From Tubulanus polymorphus (taxonomy: Eukaryota; Animalia; Nemertea): DNA of 64,000 nucleotides. The notes beneath the pieces were generated by a model, which searched no databases, was not told the origin of the DNA, and was given only the letters and a program-made list of their open reading frames with translations. The stretch covers positions 3,368,131 to 3,432,130 of the forward strand of contig NC_134033.1 of NCBI RefSeq assembly GCF_964204645.1. Direction: 5' to 3'. Below, one piece after another: positions 51,462 through 64,000 of this stretch. Made by a program: the position numbers and the translations under genes. Position 1 is the first letter of the stretch; every line of letters starts with the position of its first letter.

Positions 51462-52768
51462 ACATTTGATTTCAAGGTTGATTCGGCCTGCGGGTTCGCG
51501 TGTCTTCCCGAAATTTCAGAAGGCTCCGTTTGCCTCGGTTTATCGCGTACCCCAGAAGTATGTTTTGCCATTTTCAACTTCGTCCAGTCTAGCAACCATA
51601 AGTATGGTCAGATTTAATGCAAATACACTCTATCAATACAGATGGCCAGGCGAGCGGGTTCGCACTGGACGCCTCTCCTAGTTTTTGAACTGGTAAGCAA
51701 TTTTGATATCTGTTCATTGCGATAAACATCGCAATATCTTTTGTTGAATATCCCTAAGCGGTGAAGTTTGGTAATCGTTCAGTTTTGCGCCGTATCATCG
51801 GTCGAGATACCGAACCAGGTGGCCGCTTGGCTGGCCGTTCTATTTTTACCGATCAACTCGTCTCTGAATCCGCTTCGTTATACGATATCAATTATCGATT
51901 ATCGATAAATTCTCCTTGAACACCGCTCACTTAAAACAGATGAATAATTAGTAACCTTCCAACCAGTTCAGATGATTTACTGTGGTATTTTCCCCAATGA
52001 ATGCTTTTACAACGAACATTGATATTTGACGGTTTCACGAAAATTGATCTTTATTTTGAGGCGAAAAATTAATCTTACAAATGAATAGAATTACTTAAAA
52101 GTTAAAGCCACTTTTTCATTCTAATTTCATGATTGGAAACAATTTTTGTTATATTTCTAATTATCATCTCGCATCGATATCGGAAAGGAAATATCTTCCT
52201 AAAGACTTCTTCAATTTGTCTATCGATACAAAGAGTGTTTCAAGATAGTAAAGTCAATCTTACCAGAAAATACTAGCGGTTTAAACTGTTTAGAATTAAA
52301 TCGGCTTGCATTTAGATAGGATTTCAAATTCCCGAAGATAAAGATCAAAATAAAACTTGGTTCTAAATATGAATGTTATATATATGAAATATATATATCA
52401 AATATGAATTATATATGCAAAATTATATAGAAATAACATTGGAGTTTCACCTTTCGAAAATTCAAACCAGATATATTTTGATTGTGAGATTAAATCACAT
52501 TTGAGCTTATAGCTATTAGAACTGGTGAACTAATACGTAATTTTTATTGAAATTGTACAATGACTATGATACTCGTGATATTTCTATGTAATGCATTTGA
52601 AATGCGAATGAATTATCGAATATATCCGTACGAATAAATTGACCTCAAAATTCTAATTCCATTCAAAAGTCGAGTGGTTTCTACCTACTGTGAATAATTG
52701 GGGATTTTTACCTAGGGTATTTCCATAGTTATTCGTTGTAATTTTTGAGTATATCTATATCTCTGTGC

Positions 52769-52946
52769 TATGGTGGCTGATTCGGGCCAATTCAAAAATG
52801 TTTTGTTTTCTCGCTCGAGAATTCAAAACTTTTTGAATTCTCGCGCGACAAAACCAAAAAAAAACGGGCCAATGTGAAATTGTTTTTCATCGTTGCTTTA
52901 GCCGTACAGAAAAATTTTTTTAGTATGGCCCGAATCAGCCGCCATA
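52769..52946. mobile_element. 178-bp MITE with TATGG..CCATA termini and a 6-bp TSD (IS3EU-like)
   Basis: CTGTGC|TATGGTGGCTGATTCGGGCCA...TGGCCCGAATCAGCCGCCATA|CTGTGC. Confidence 0.8.
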
Positions 52947-53069
52947 CTGTGCAATGTTACTGTAACTTGTCGAGTAATAAACCGAACTGAACTGAAATCG
53001 AGGGGAGGGGATTTTACCCAGGGGACTTTTACCTACATTCGCTTATACTGCTACTTCATATGTATGTAT

Positions 53070-53480
53070 ATTTATTTTATTATTGTCACATGTAGTTATA
53101 AGTCTTCTTTACCAACACATAATATATACATTTCAACACTACCCAGCCCTCAACGGGTTTATAAGTCACCATTAATTAGATTTATCTATAAATATATTCA
53201 AGTGACACTGAAAGTGCATGAACTCCTTTTACTCCAACATTGTTCAAGGTTGCTAGAGTTATTGGATAGTTAGCCATTAATATTTGAAACTGTTGTTGTT
53301 TTGTTAGTTCTTGGAAGTCATGCACCTCCTGTGACATATCTACAAAAAGTTTATGCCGTTCTTGTTCGTATTTCTTACATGACATAATAAAGTGAAATTC
53401 ATCTTCAACGCATGCTTCAGGTCTACAAACGTAACATACGCGTTCCTCAACCCTTTTACCCCTAAACCGACCCAATTATA
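53070..53480 (-). mobile_element. LINE 3' fragment (C-terminal Cys/His motif)
   Basis: GRFRGKRVEERVCYVC...VEDEFHFIMSCKKY. Confidence 0.85.
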
Positions 53481-54282
53481 TCATATTCTATCCATATATT
53501 CATTTTGTGATCTTGTATTACTGACGAAATGGATATAATTTTCTGTTTCTTCACGGAAAACTCCGTTGATATTCGTGTGATTATTTGGTTTCTGCTGCTT
53601 TAGTAGAAACAATTCTGTTATTCTGCAGATTATTATCAGGGTTTCTGTTGGAAATCTCTGTAGTATTAACACACGTAGCCCGACAACACAATTCCGTTTG
53701 CTGGTTTTTGAGTTTCTTCGCTCAATCAATATAAAACAGATCGACGAAAATCGTCTCCTTGTGATCAAATCTTTCTGATATATAAGTCCGCTCATGTAGA
53801 GGCATATCAAACGCACGTGAAATATCGAGCTTTGCTTAGAATAACAATGTTAAAGAAGTTTATGACTCTACTGGAACAATCTACGACTCTACCACCGACA
53901 CTTTCAATACGATGGTATAAACAAAAATCCGGTTTTTCAAGATTACCTTTCAGGAGCTGGCGCATTGAACAATAACCTGGAAATTCGCCCCGGATAAAAC
54001 AAACTTGAATTGTGTTATTTAATGCAGTAAGGTACAAGGTTGTTGTCGAAACGACTCTCGTCGCAAAGAGAACCGGACTGAGGAATAGCGTCGCAACTAC
54101 GTCGATACACAGCATTGGGGAAGTTTAAGGCACGATTCGATTGTACGTACGTACTCCTCTAATTGATTCCATAACTTATGGACATTCCGAAATATCCGAA
54201 TTCGGACGATTATTGGATTTATCTAGAATCAAACTCGGCCAAGTCGTTGCCCTATTTAGTCTAATTAAAATAACTGAATCTC

Positions 54283-54324
54283 ACACCTGACGATGATCTC
54301 TAGGGTGAGATCGAAACGGCGTGT
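54283..54324 (+). ncRNA. Penelope-type hammerhead motif, probably inactive
   Basis: ACAC-CUGACGA-U-GAUCUC(uagggu)GAGAUC-GAAA-CG-GC-GUGU; the cleavage triplet is GGC rather than GUC. Confidence 0.6.
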
Positions 54325-55289
54325 CTTATATATATTCTAGATTGAATAAATAAATTCTTGTTTTTTCTGTGTTTTCTTCTTTTAACCTGTAGATATAGGG
54401 TTTTTATCTTATTATCCGTTCACCACGTTTGAGTGTGGTTATCGTTCTACAAATAACTGAAATAGTTTCTATTTTTTGAGTCTCAATCCTAGTTTTTCCT
54501 TCTCTTTTCCGCTTCAGGGTCCATTTTCGTGAGAAAGTTTTATCAGTTAAGTTCGAATGGTTGTCGTCGTTGAAAACATGAAGTAACCAATAGCGATTAC
54601 ACAAACATTTTTAGTTAAACTTCTTCGTGAAACTGGATCGTGAAACATAGATCTAAGGTCGTATGGTGTGATTTGATATTTTTGCTACCTGTATCCATTC
54701 TTATCTTGAGAGCAGCAGCATCGAGTCGATAAGAGCAGATATAATGGTGTCTAATCATTTGAAAAAAACAAATCACAATTTCACTCGACCCAGTTCCACA
54801 GTTGTGAGTTAAGGTTTAACTCTGAGTTAACTCATCGAAAATGAACTAACTTAAACTCTAACTCACAACTGTGGAACTGGTCTGTCTAAACAACCTTCAT
54901 GAATTTGCTTACATTAAAATTGTATCGTGTAATGTAACGCCGCGGTGAATATTTCAGCCAGATGCCGTTCATCCATTCTATAATTCAAGCTTAACGTAAA
55001 TACATTTTTGATTAATTAGCACATATTTTGCTTATCCGCAGAACGTCTGGCGCGGGACATTACGGCCGGGCCATATCAGCAAAACAGCGCAAACAGGACG
55101 CCACGCGCGCACTCGGAATTCAACTACGCATTCTAAACCGTTTCAGGGTCCATCACATTTCAGCCGATAATCTATTGCCGAAACACACGAAAAAAGAACA
55201 TATTCGAGGAAATAAATCCACCTCCGAAATCAACAACGAACAACGGACGTATTCGAAGAAACGTCGTACAACATCGTGAAAAGGAGAAA

Positions 55290-56753
55290 ATGACGATGAT
55301 GAAAGCACTTCCGGATTGGTTACGCGAGGAATTACGTTTCTTTCTCGTCACGTCGTGGCCGATTCTTGTCATACCCGTTTTGAACGAAGTGCCTTTTTTA
55401 ACGTGTACTTTAATCGTCGCTCAATCGGATCTAGTTTCGCAGGCCGCGTTTTCCCTGATCGACTCGCTTTTCGGACTGGTCTACTCGTTCGGTATGGGCA
55501 TGGCGACCGGTATAGAAGGACTATTCGCGCAAGCTTTCGGCGCCAGAAACTATCGCTATCTGCGCTTGTTGTTACAGCGAGGGATGTTGATGCTGTTTTG
55601 TTGCGGTTTACTGTTGTTGCCGCTTAGTTTCACTGCCGAAAAAATATTCGTACTTTTCGGACAGAACGCGACCGTGTCCGAAGAGGCTGGGCGGATTCTG
55701 ATGGTGATGTCTCCCAATATCTTTCTCGTGTTCGCCAACGATATTTTCATGCGTTTTTTGATGTGTCAAGGGGTTGTTTTACCGGTCGTTATTGTACCAA
55801 TATGCACCAACGTTATTACCGCAGTAATCTGTTACGTCATGGTTATCGTACTACGCCTACCCAGTATAGGAGTGGCCGTCACTTTCCTCGTATTTTTTGG
55901 CCTCAGCGCAGTTTGCTTGGGTATAGCATCTCACATGGTCAATAAAGACACTCTCGCTATATTCAGAACTAATATGGAGATATTTAAGAATCTATGGGAG
56001 GTCATTAGTATGGCAGTCGGTTCAATAGCGTCAGTAATGTGTATTAGCACAGCTCTGACTGTCGGTACCTTCTTGACCGGTACTTTCGGAGTGGTTGAAC
56101 TTGTAGCGTTGAGCGTCTCGTTGCAAGTGATATATTTCGACCTCAATATATTGTATGGCATAGCGGAAGCTTGCAGTATGAGAGTCGGTTTCCTGTTAAC
56201 ATCCAAGGACGGTCACGCGGCCAAACGAGCTTTGTTCTTTTATCAAGGTATTTCGTTGATGGTCGCCGTAGTTCTCGGTGTATTGATTTGTTCGCTTCAC
56301 GCTGTTTTAGCGCGGGCATTTTCCAGCGATAGTTCGGTCGAAGCCGAACTGAAATTCACGTTACTGTACATCGGAGCAACTTTACCCCTATTCGCTGTGG
56401 ATGCTATATTCAACGGTGCAATTCGAGGATGCGCTAAAATCGCCGTTATAACAACGACATGTTTGGTGACGTTAATAATTGGAACGGCGTTAGGCATGAT
56501 TTTGTTATATTTTACCCGGTTAGGCGCTCTGAGCATAGTAATAGGTTACCAGAGTTCGTGCGTTTTGAATTCGTTGGTATTCGTTATGTACGCCATCTTT
56601 GTTTTAGATTGGGACGAACAATCCGAACTAGCGCGTCAAAGAACCGCAGACGATATGAAATTAATCCCAGACGGATCCGAAAATAGTGAATCGGATTATA
56701 ATACGTTCGAATTAACACCCAACGACGCCACCGCGAGGCGAGATCCATCATGA
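55290..56753 (+). CDS. MATE (SLC47-like) multidrug and toxin extrusion transporter, intronless, 487 aa
   Basis: About 12 TM segments; GMATGIEGLFAQAFGARNY, LLLQRG, RFLMCQG, SMRVG, FSSD and NGAIRG resemble eukaryotic MATE motifs. Confidence 0.92.
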   Translation: MTMMKALPDWLREELRFFLVTSWPILVIPVLNEVPFLTCTLIVAQSDLVSQAAFSLIDSLFGLVYSFGMGMATGIEGLFAQAFGARNYRYLRLLLQRGMLMLFCCGLLLLPLSFTAEKIFVLFGQNATVSEEAGRILMVMSPNIFLVFANDIFMRFLMCQGVVLPVVIVPICTNVITAVICYVMVIVLRLPSIGVAVTFLVFFGLSAVCLGIASHMVNKDTLAIFRTNMEIFKNLWEVISMAVGSIASVMCISTALTVGTFLTGTFGVVELVALSVSLQVIYFDLNILYGIAEACSMRVGFLLTSKDGHAAKRALFFYQGISLMVAVVLGVLICSLHAVLARAFSSDSSVEAELKFTLLYIGATLPLFAVDAIFNGAIRGCAKIAVITTTCLVTLIIGTALGMILLYFTRLGALSIVIGYQSSCVLNSLVFVMYAIFVLDWDEQSELARQRTADDMKLIPDGSENSESDYNTFELTPNDATARRDPS

Positions 56754-56954
56754 AAAATGGATACAAGATAGATTAAAAATGAATATCTGTTCAGTTTCGT
56801 TAATATCACATTTCGTAGTTATTGACACGAATATCGTTTTCCTCTAGAAATATCTCCAAACAGAAATTTATTTCTAAAACCTGTTTTGTGGAAACAGCTA
56901 ATTTTTATTGTTCACTCACTACAATCGAACCGACAACTCTTATGTCTTTAGTAC

Positions 56955-56992
56955 GCCTGATGATGGCTAAGAGTTGTTAGCCGAAACGTCGC
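56955..56992 (+). ncRNA. Penelope-type hammerhead motif
   Basis: GC-CUGAUGA-U-GGCUAA(gaguug)UUAGCC-GAAA-CG-UC-GC: intact core but only 2 bp of stem I. Confidence 0.6.
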
Positions 56993-57774
56993 TCCTCAAA
57001 TACAACCATTCTGATAAAAGAATTTTTCAATCTTGGCTTCGTTATTGAGGGATTTCTCTCGTCGAATTCTAATGTCTACCTTGAGAATTTCATAATTCTG
57101 ATGTGATCAGGATTAAGGTTAAGGATTATTGTAAATCGGAAGATAGGATTCTAAACTTTAGGACAGTTTGTAAACAGGTATATGTATGAGATAGTATCTG
57201 GTACACAGTTTGGCGATGAGCTGACACCGTGAACATCTATGACCCTTTTCGATTACAATTAGCACTAATGATTTGGAAAATAATTCTCCAACCTTGCTCA
57301 TACCAGACTGACTGACTCCAAAATTCTCTCTCTAATTTGGCACAAACGCTTAGGTTAAATTTCTGGACTAGAATTAAAAGGTGTGCACAAAAAGCAGCAC
57401 ATCGACCCTACCATTTGATACATAGGATTTTGATTAGGACACATGACGGGAATTTTAGTTTAAAGGGATGTTTGTAAAGAGACGATAATTCCACATGCGA
57501 AGTTACAAGTTAAAAGTTAGTTTATTCATCATAATCAAATGACATGATCGTCAATGAACAACGTAACAGAAGAAAAAGAAAAACAAGACTTTATGAAGCT
57601 TCTAGTAGTATAGGCCTACATTTTAGTAGCGAAAGCTCGTGCGTCAAATCAATAGTTAACCTATGTACTCATCTTCACCCGTCAAGGGATTCGAACCCAC
57701 TACGCTAAAGCTGTTCCCCGAACCCCTTGACCTCACGAGTCGTTGGAGTCGTTACTTGCCGACCAGAATCCGGT

Positions 57775-57905
57775 CGTACCAATCACAGCGCTTGTAACAA
57801 ACCGTCAGTAGACTTCTGTTGGTTTTCCCGTTAAATTGACCAATCAGCGAACGTTTTACCGAACAAGGAAGTATTTCGCAAATCGATATATGACGTCACG
57901 CGCAA
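57775..57905 (+). promoter_or_regulatory. Possible Pol II promoter
   Basis: Two CCAATCA boxes (~57779, ~57840), an ETS-like GGAAGT and a perfect CRE TGACGTCA (57891), followed downstream by several AG..GT exon-like blocks. Confidence 0.4.
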
Positions 57906-59516
57906 CAGCGCCAGTAATGAAATCACGCTTCGTGAGGCCAGGGGGCTGGTGGAAGCGAGTTCGGGAGTGATACCGGACCCCTGGCAAGCGAGGATGCTAT
58001 GTACTATACTCGTCTACTGCCAGGGTCTTTACACAGTGCATTTCACGCGTTTCGTACCGAACACATCGACTCACTGCATTTATATATCGCCCATATACGC
58101 GTGGATTCATCATATAATTTCATGCTAATCGCTGATTTCTTTCGCAGGCCCAAAACGATAAATGACTGTAGTGGTCATGATTGAAAGTTTCCCCCACCGC
58201 CGCGAAATCTCTGCAACACCCAATCCCCCAAGCAAATCTGAAACATTTGGAAAACTGTTACGTTGTGTATGAATAAGTCTAATGTTAATATTCGATACAA
58301 CCAGAATATGTGAGTGCGCGATTTAAAACGAAGCTAAATCCTGCACAATAACATAACACGTACGATGTGGGACGGTTTGGATATTTGGAAGAAGATTAAA
58401 TACGATTATATTGACTTGTTATGCAACGGATTGGCATGTATGAGGATTCCATATTACACATTTATACACGAACCAGCTACGTTTTAATGGTCGTGTCAGG
58501 CCACGCGAAAATACGCTTGTTTCTCGTCGTAGGAAAAGTAACGAGGACGGCGGGTTTTATTTTCAATTCTCTTTTAAAAAAGGAGAAATGAAAACCCTTA
58601 TTCCAAATTTCGAAAGTGGCGAGGCCGACTATTTTCTCATTTTTCAAATGGGGAAATTAAGGCGCGTCGACGACCTTGATTCAGGATGGAAAGCACGTCG
58701 TTACCGAAACGGTCGCCTGCCACAGTAGTAACAATTGAGTAGCGACCGTGATACAAAAAAAAAATCGAGAAAAGTGTGATCAGGTTGTTTTTCGGGATGC
58801 GTGAGGCACTTGACAAAAAAAGAAACGACAACAGATTTCAGCATGCGGGATGCGCATTTTATTTTCATCACTTTTACTGACGAACTTTTGGTTCGGACGC
58901 GCGCGTGCGCGGAAAAATAAAACTGCCGAGACGCGTATATGATTCTATGCGTGGCCTAATCGATGAATAAAAATGGTATACATTTAAAACTATACGGATA
59001 ATAACTTATTACCGTTACACATCGCATATACTAGACAACTAATGCGTGCTCATTATTAACCCATCCCGGAATATCAGGTATATCATCAATATGACGCTTA
59101 TATTCGACAACGTTTGACACGTATTTACATAAATGCGTCATGTACATTTCTGATTTTCGGTCTGAAGCAGAGCCGTCGGAAGGAATTTTTCAGTGGCGAG
59201 GCTTATTTCTGAAGGGGGTCCCCTAGAAAATTTTTGAAAATTCAATCGCCGAAGATGCGTTTTGGGGCCATTTCACGGTCCCATTCGCAGAAGCATGAGA
59301 AGTCGTGAGCCAACCACCTAGTACAGAGAACGACCAGCTGCTACGGTATTTTGAAAAAAATTTTGCTAAGCAAAAAAAGTGGCCCCTGTTCCGACTGCCC
59401 TGATGAAGTTAACTGGCGTATTCATGATTTCTACACGACTGCGTGATCACCAGGTTGTCTGACCTTATTTGAATCATCGATTCGAATTTAAAATTCTTAT
59501 GGTTTTACTTTTTAGG

Positions 59517-61560
59517 CGGTGCCCCCTTTTGCGCAGTATTGCTCGCGAACTGATTGCCGCTAGTACCTTAGCGACGAAGTACGCGGCATAATGTCAAAAT
59601 AATCCACGAAGCTCCGCCACATGTCACATGAATTGGTGAGTGAACTCGTTTATGCATGAATGTCAAACCATGGATTAAGTTGGGTCGGAAAGTTGAATTA
59701 AGTTGAATCGTGTGACAGTTAGTTGTTTAATAAAACGAACTACGCCGATATACAATGGGTATCATGTCCAATATTGAACATTTTTCAGAGAAGGTCGTCC
59801 TGTTCAGGATCTGATTCCTAACAACGCGTGGGGACCACGATGCTTCAGACATAATTTGGTGACTGGTAAGCGGGAATTTTAACTTCTTTCCCGAATATTA
59901 AACTTAAGTTAGGTCGGATTCAAGCCGATTCAAGTCTTTTTAAACACTTTTTCAGAATAGACGTTCCTGCTGGCTAGGATTCGATCGCTGCCAATGTGTG
60001 TTGACTAAACCGAGAAATACAGATTCCAGTTTCCAGACCTCACTGCATCAGGACCTGATCGCAACAAAAGCGTACCGATTTAAACAACCTGGTCAAATAG
60101 ATGACTCCTTTGAGCTGAGTGGTACATCTCATCAAGGTGAAGATAATCCAAAATTGGTGAGTAGAATTTCGAATTGTTTCTGTTTAGGAAACTTAGGTTA
60201 GTCAAACAGATGACGGACCCTCGTTATAGCAAACTGAAATACAGTAGACTCAATCTTAACTCGAATCGATTTGTGACAAGTGATTTGTGTTTGAATTCCA
60301 ATTAAACAACGGAAATTTGATTTCTAACGATTTATCAAATATAAACAACTGAAAACATTTGCTTCATTGCATATTGGATCATACAATTTAAATCGTGTAT
60401 GTTGTAACCCGCTTCAATCGTCTGAGACTGAAACCATTAGATTTTCTATCTAGACGCGAGACAAATATGAAAATCATCATTGAGAAATATCTAAAATTGT
60501 GAATTTGTCACTTGACGCCCAATAACACAAAACTTGTGCAGGGATTAACATGAATTATAAGTGTCCGTTTAACCTTTTAGATTGGCTTAAAGTGAAAAAA
60601 TATAAAGCAAACTTTAAACACATTTGAATACTATGAATATTCGTTCACATCTAAATTGACCACAATCGCGCAGTATCGGGAATCGAACCCCACACAGCCA
60701 GAAACCTTCACGGCCGCAAACCTGACTGATGGCTTAGAGCCCGACTGTATGATTTGGAACAGGAAAATACGGGTCATACGGATGTCGGTCGGTGGTTTCC
60801 TGTCCTGGCCTGACGATTTTCGGGAGAGGCTCCGCCGGTGAGTGCAGATACTAGTCCAAAGTTCACACGGGTAATTCGACACGGTAGTGCGGGTATCAAT
60901 CTCTAACCAGGAACCGCCTCGTCAGACATTTACAATTTACAGTTTATGATTTGCGGACCATCAGTTTGATAAAGTGTGCTGATTTCAATGTATGTCTAGT
61001 GTTTGTATAGTATTGTCTCGGGTGAAACCCGGTGGACCCAGTTCCACTCATTGGAAATTATAACTCAAGAGTTCTCTCTGACTCACAACTGTCAAAGTGG
61101 ATCCTGAAAACACATGCTCCCTCAACCTCATCACCCCATCCTCCCTCAATCTCACCCCAACCTCTCACCTCATCCTCCCCAACCTCTCACCCCATCCTCC
61201 CTCAACCTCATCACCCCATTGTCCCCAACCTATCATCCCATCCTCCCCCCAACCTCTCACCCCATCCTCCCTCAACCTCTCACCCCATCCTCCCTCAACC
61301 TCCCCCAACCTCTCACCCCATTGTCCCCAACCCCATCACCCCATCCTCCCCCAACCTCATCACCCCATTGTCCCCAACCTCATCACCTCCTCCTCCTCAA
61401 CCTCTCACCCCGTCCCCAACCTCTCACCCCATTCTCCCCAACCTCTCACCCCGTCCCCAACCTCATCACCCCATCCTCCCCCAACCTCTCAGTCAGTCTC
61501 CCTGTTTATGTGATTTCAATTTCATATTTCAGGTTTTACTGTCGGGCTGTCGTGTGTAAA
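59517..61560 (+). other. Exon-like blocks of an unidentified, possibly non-coding or UTR, transcript
   Basis: TTTTTCAG acceptors (~59788, ~59955, ~61532) and GTGAGT/GTAAGC donors (~59636, 59866, 60157, 60838). I found no coherent protein. Confidence 0.3.
61117..61490. repeat. C-rich degenerate minisatellite (CCTCAACCTCTCACCCCATCCTC-like)
   Basis: Explains the Pro/Ser/His-rich ORFs. Confidence 0.9.
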
Positions 61561-61630
61561 CTTCATCACGAATACTGGACGTGGACTTCAACTGAAATTC
61601 ATCACAGTTTTACTTCTTCAGTCAACTTCT

Positions 61631-61760
61631 TCCGGACTACTAGTCAACTAACCGGACTACTAGTCAACTAACCGGACTATTAGTGAACTAACTGGACTAT
61701 ACGTGAACTTACCAGACTATTAGTGAACTAACTGGACTGTTTAGTCAACTAACCGGACTA
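61631..61760. repeat. 20-bp minisatellite (CCGGACTACTAGTCAACTAA), ~6 copies
   Basis: Direct tandem units. Confidence 0.9.
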
Positions 61761-63300
61761 AAGTGGATTGATACTCATAAAAAACAGGCAGTGGTGGACT
61801 CCAGGAGGTGTGGAACTCTGTATGTGGATTTGTGGAACTCGGTGGACTACCATTACTGCTAGACAAGGGCTAGTGAGTGTGTGAGTAGAATTTCTTATAA
61901 GTTTCCAAAACAATTATGAGAAAGCAGTTTATCTGTAAACACTGTTCACTGCATTTCATAAGAATTGTCAATGGGGTTATTTGAAGCAGCCTGTAATTGT
62001 GTTGCAGGAATTATAATTCAGGGTTTTTAGAAAGAGCATCAATTTCTACCTTAAAAATTAATTGAATATTTGACATAATTGAATAAAAATCGTTTTTGGA
62101 CCGAATTTCGCGGGCGAATCATCAAAATTTGTGACGAAATTGAGGGGGTAAAAACACGAAATCCTGAATATCTCATTTTAGGAACCTCGGATCCAAAATC
62201 TAACCTCATATTTGTAATCAGCACCATAAAAAACATGTCTGCACTAAATTTAATTAAAATTGGGCCAAAAAAAAAATTTTTACTTTGTACCCCATTTTTG
62301 GGGTGCATATTTTGGGCATTAAAACCCTTATTTGCTCATGAAGATGAATCTCGATTCAAAATCTGATTGCATATCCGGAATCTACACCTCAGAATACATA
62401 TTCCTACCAAATTTTGAAGGAATCGGAGAAAAAAAAATTTTCGCTGAAAAAAAACTCCTGGACCTTAAATTTTTGCCATTTTTGGCAAAAAAATCGAATC
62501 TCTTCGATTTGCTTGATATTTTAGTTCTTTATATATTCAGGGGTGCGGATTCCAAATCTGCGATCAGATTTTGAATATCTTGATAACTCTGGGGTCCAAG
62601 GCCTTTTGAAAATTTAGGGGTCCCCCCAAAAATTCGAATTTCTGATTTTCTGGGCCTCGGATCCGAAAAATTCTTTCAGATTTGTAATCAGCACCTAAGA
62701 ATACATGTCTATACAGAATTTCATCGAAATCGGAGACAAAAATTATTTGACCCTTGGCCCCCTACCTTAGATTGCCATTTCTCTGATACACCGTTAACTA
62801 GACTTAACTCTAACTGCATATAACTGATTGGTGGCCTCAAATCTATTAAGTTTCATTTATATCTTTTAGGATGTTTGTCATCATTAGGATGAAATTATTG
62901 ACGTTTGTGTTTGATGATCAGGACTACATCAGATGAACTGGATAAATATGTGTTGGCAGCGTTAACAAACAAACGAAAACATATTGGGAGAACTTCTCAG
63001 TCTCATCCTCATCTCATCATACTCATCTCTCATTCTCTGTCTCATTCTCATAGTCTCATCCTCATAGTCTCATTCTCATCTCACTCTCTCATTCTCATCT
63101 CTCCATCTCATAGTCTCATTCTCTCCTCTCGCTCTATTTCATTCTCATTCTCTCTCTCCTTACTCTGGTCTCATTCTCCACCATCTACCGGGTTGTGATA
63201 GGAACTAGTTCCTGTCTCGCCCGGTAGATGGCATTATTTTTTTGATAAAATTTGCTTAAGCAATGGATAAATAGGAGTTCCTCTGCAGATCGTCATATAT

Positions 63301-63364
63301 GTCCCTATAGCGTAGCGGGTAGGGTGCTGCACTGCTAGGCGAGTGGTTGGTGGTTCTAATCCCA
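63301..63364 (+). mobile_element. tRNA-like SINE head
   Basis: A-box TAGCGTAGCGG and degenerate B-box GGTTCTAATCC; no full cloverleaf. Confidence 0.5.
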
Positions 63365-63728
63365 TAATTATATTTTATTGATGATTAAATAAAATGTTGA
63401 ATTTACTTTTGCAATCAAGCTGTTGAATTTTTATTTTCGATTTTGGTCGTTTCAATAAAATGTTGAATTTTACTTTTGCAAACAAGCTGTAACAAATTCC
63501 TACTTTGAATTTGGAATAAATGCTTCGTCCTTTCCTTTCCTCGAACGTGAGAAGTTGAAAGCGGAAGAGTCCTCCGGTCAAGTGTGAAGTTGTGAGAGGG
63601 AAGAGTCCTTTCCGGGGCAAAGTGCCCGAGACAAAGAGATTTTATTAAAGAGAGCATTTTATATAGATTTATACTTATATTTATACTTTTTATAACATGC
63701 GGCAAAACGAAATAATGACAAGATGTTG

Positions 63729-64000
63729 AGATGGTTCTGTAGTCGGAGTAGAGTCTGCGTCTCGAGGTTTGAAGATGGTTCTGTAGTCGGAGTAGAGTCT
63801 GCGTCTCGAGGTTTGAAGATGGTTCTGTAGTCGGAGTAGAGTCTGCGTCTCGAGGTTTGAAGATGGTTCTGTAGTCGGAGTAGAGTCTGCGTCTCGAGGT
63901 TTGAAGATGGTGCTGTAGTCGGAGTAGAGTCTGCGTCTCGAGGTTTGGAGATGGTGCTGTAGTCGGAGTAGAGTCTGCGTCTCGAGGTTTGAAGATGGTG
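63729..64000. repeat. 44-bp tandem repeat running off the window end
   Basis: Unit AGATGGTTCTGTAGTCGGAGTAGAGTCTGCGTCTCGAGGTTTGA, ~6 copies visible. Confidence 0.95.

Noticed and set aside
61032-61671. Proline-rich extensin-like proteins
   Set aside because: C-rich simple repeat, open in all three frames.
63301-63364. Functional tRNA gene
   Set aside because: A and B boxes are present but the acceptor stem and cloverleaf are not, so it is treated as a SINE head.

Overview
This is eukaryotic (intron-containing, AT-rich) animal DNA, probably from an invertebrate; the taxon cannot be fixed from the sequence alone. It is not prokaryotic, and most entries in the ORF track are spurious or transposon debris. 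The main content is a tandem cluster of four intact, five-exon, secreted, divergent C-type lectin-like genes on the - strand (A 16950-20221, B 24648-26353, C 28697-33929, D 37760-39331) plus an orphan signal-peptide exon. The four proteins share a scaffold but differ sharply in one loop of the last exon, and the paralogs look mosaic. In every copy the short non-coding first exon and its 5' splice donor have been tandemly amplified into a ~35-bp minisatellite (24 GTGAGT donors in copy A). Copy C carries a 1.1-kb element with long TIRs and a 9-bp TSD that holds a ubiquitin-specific-protease Cys-box exon. Also present: a JHAMT-like methyltransferase pseudogene, a five-exon secreted protein with a PAN/apple-like C-terminus, an intronless rhodopsin-class GPCR preceded in frame by an 18-bp minisatellite, an intronless MATE transporter, a 3.4-kb 59-bp satellite, Penelope-type minimal hammerhead ribozyme motifs, LINE fragments (CR1/L2-like and RTE), and many MITEs. 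Gene models were built by hand from splice signals and reading-frame phase and need RNA-seq confirmation.
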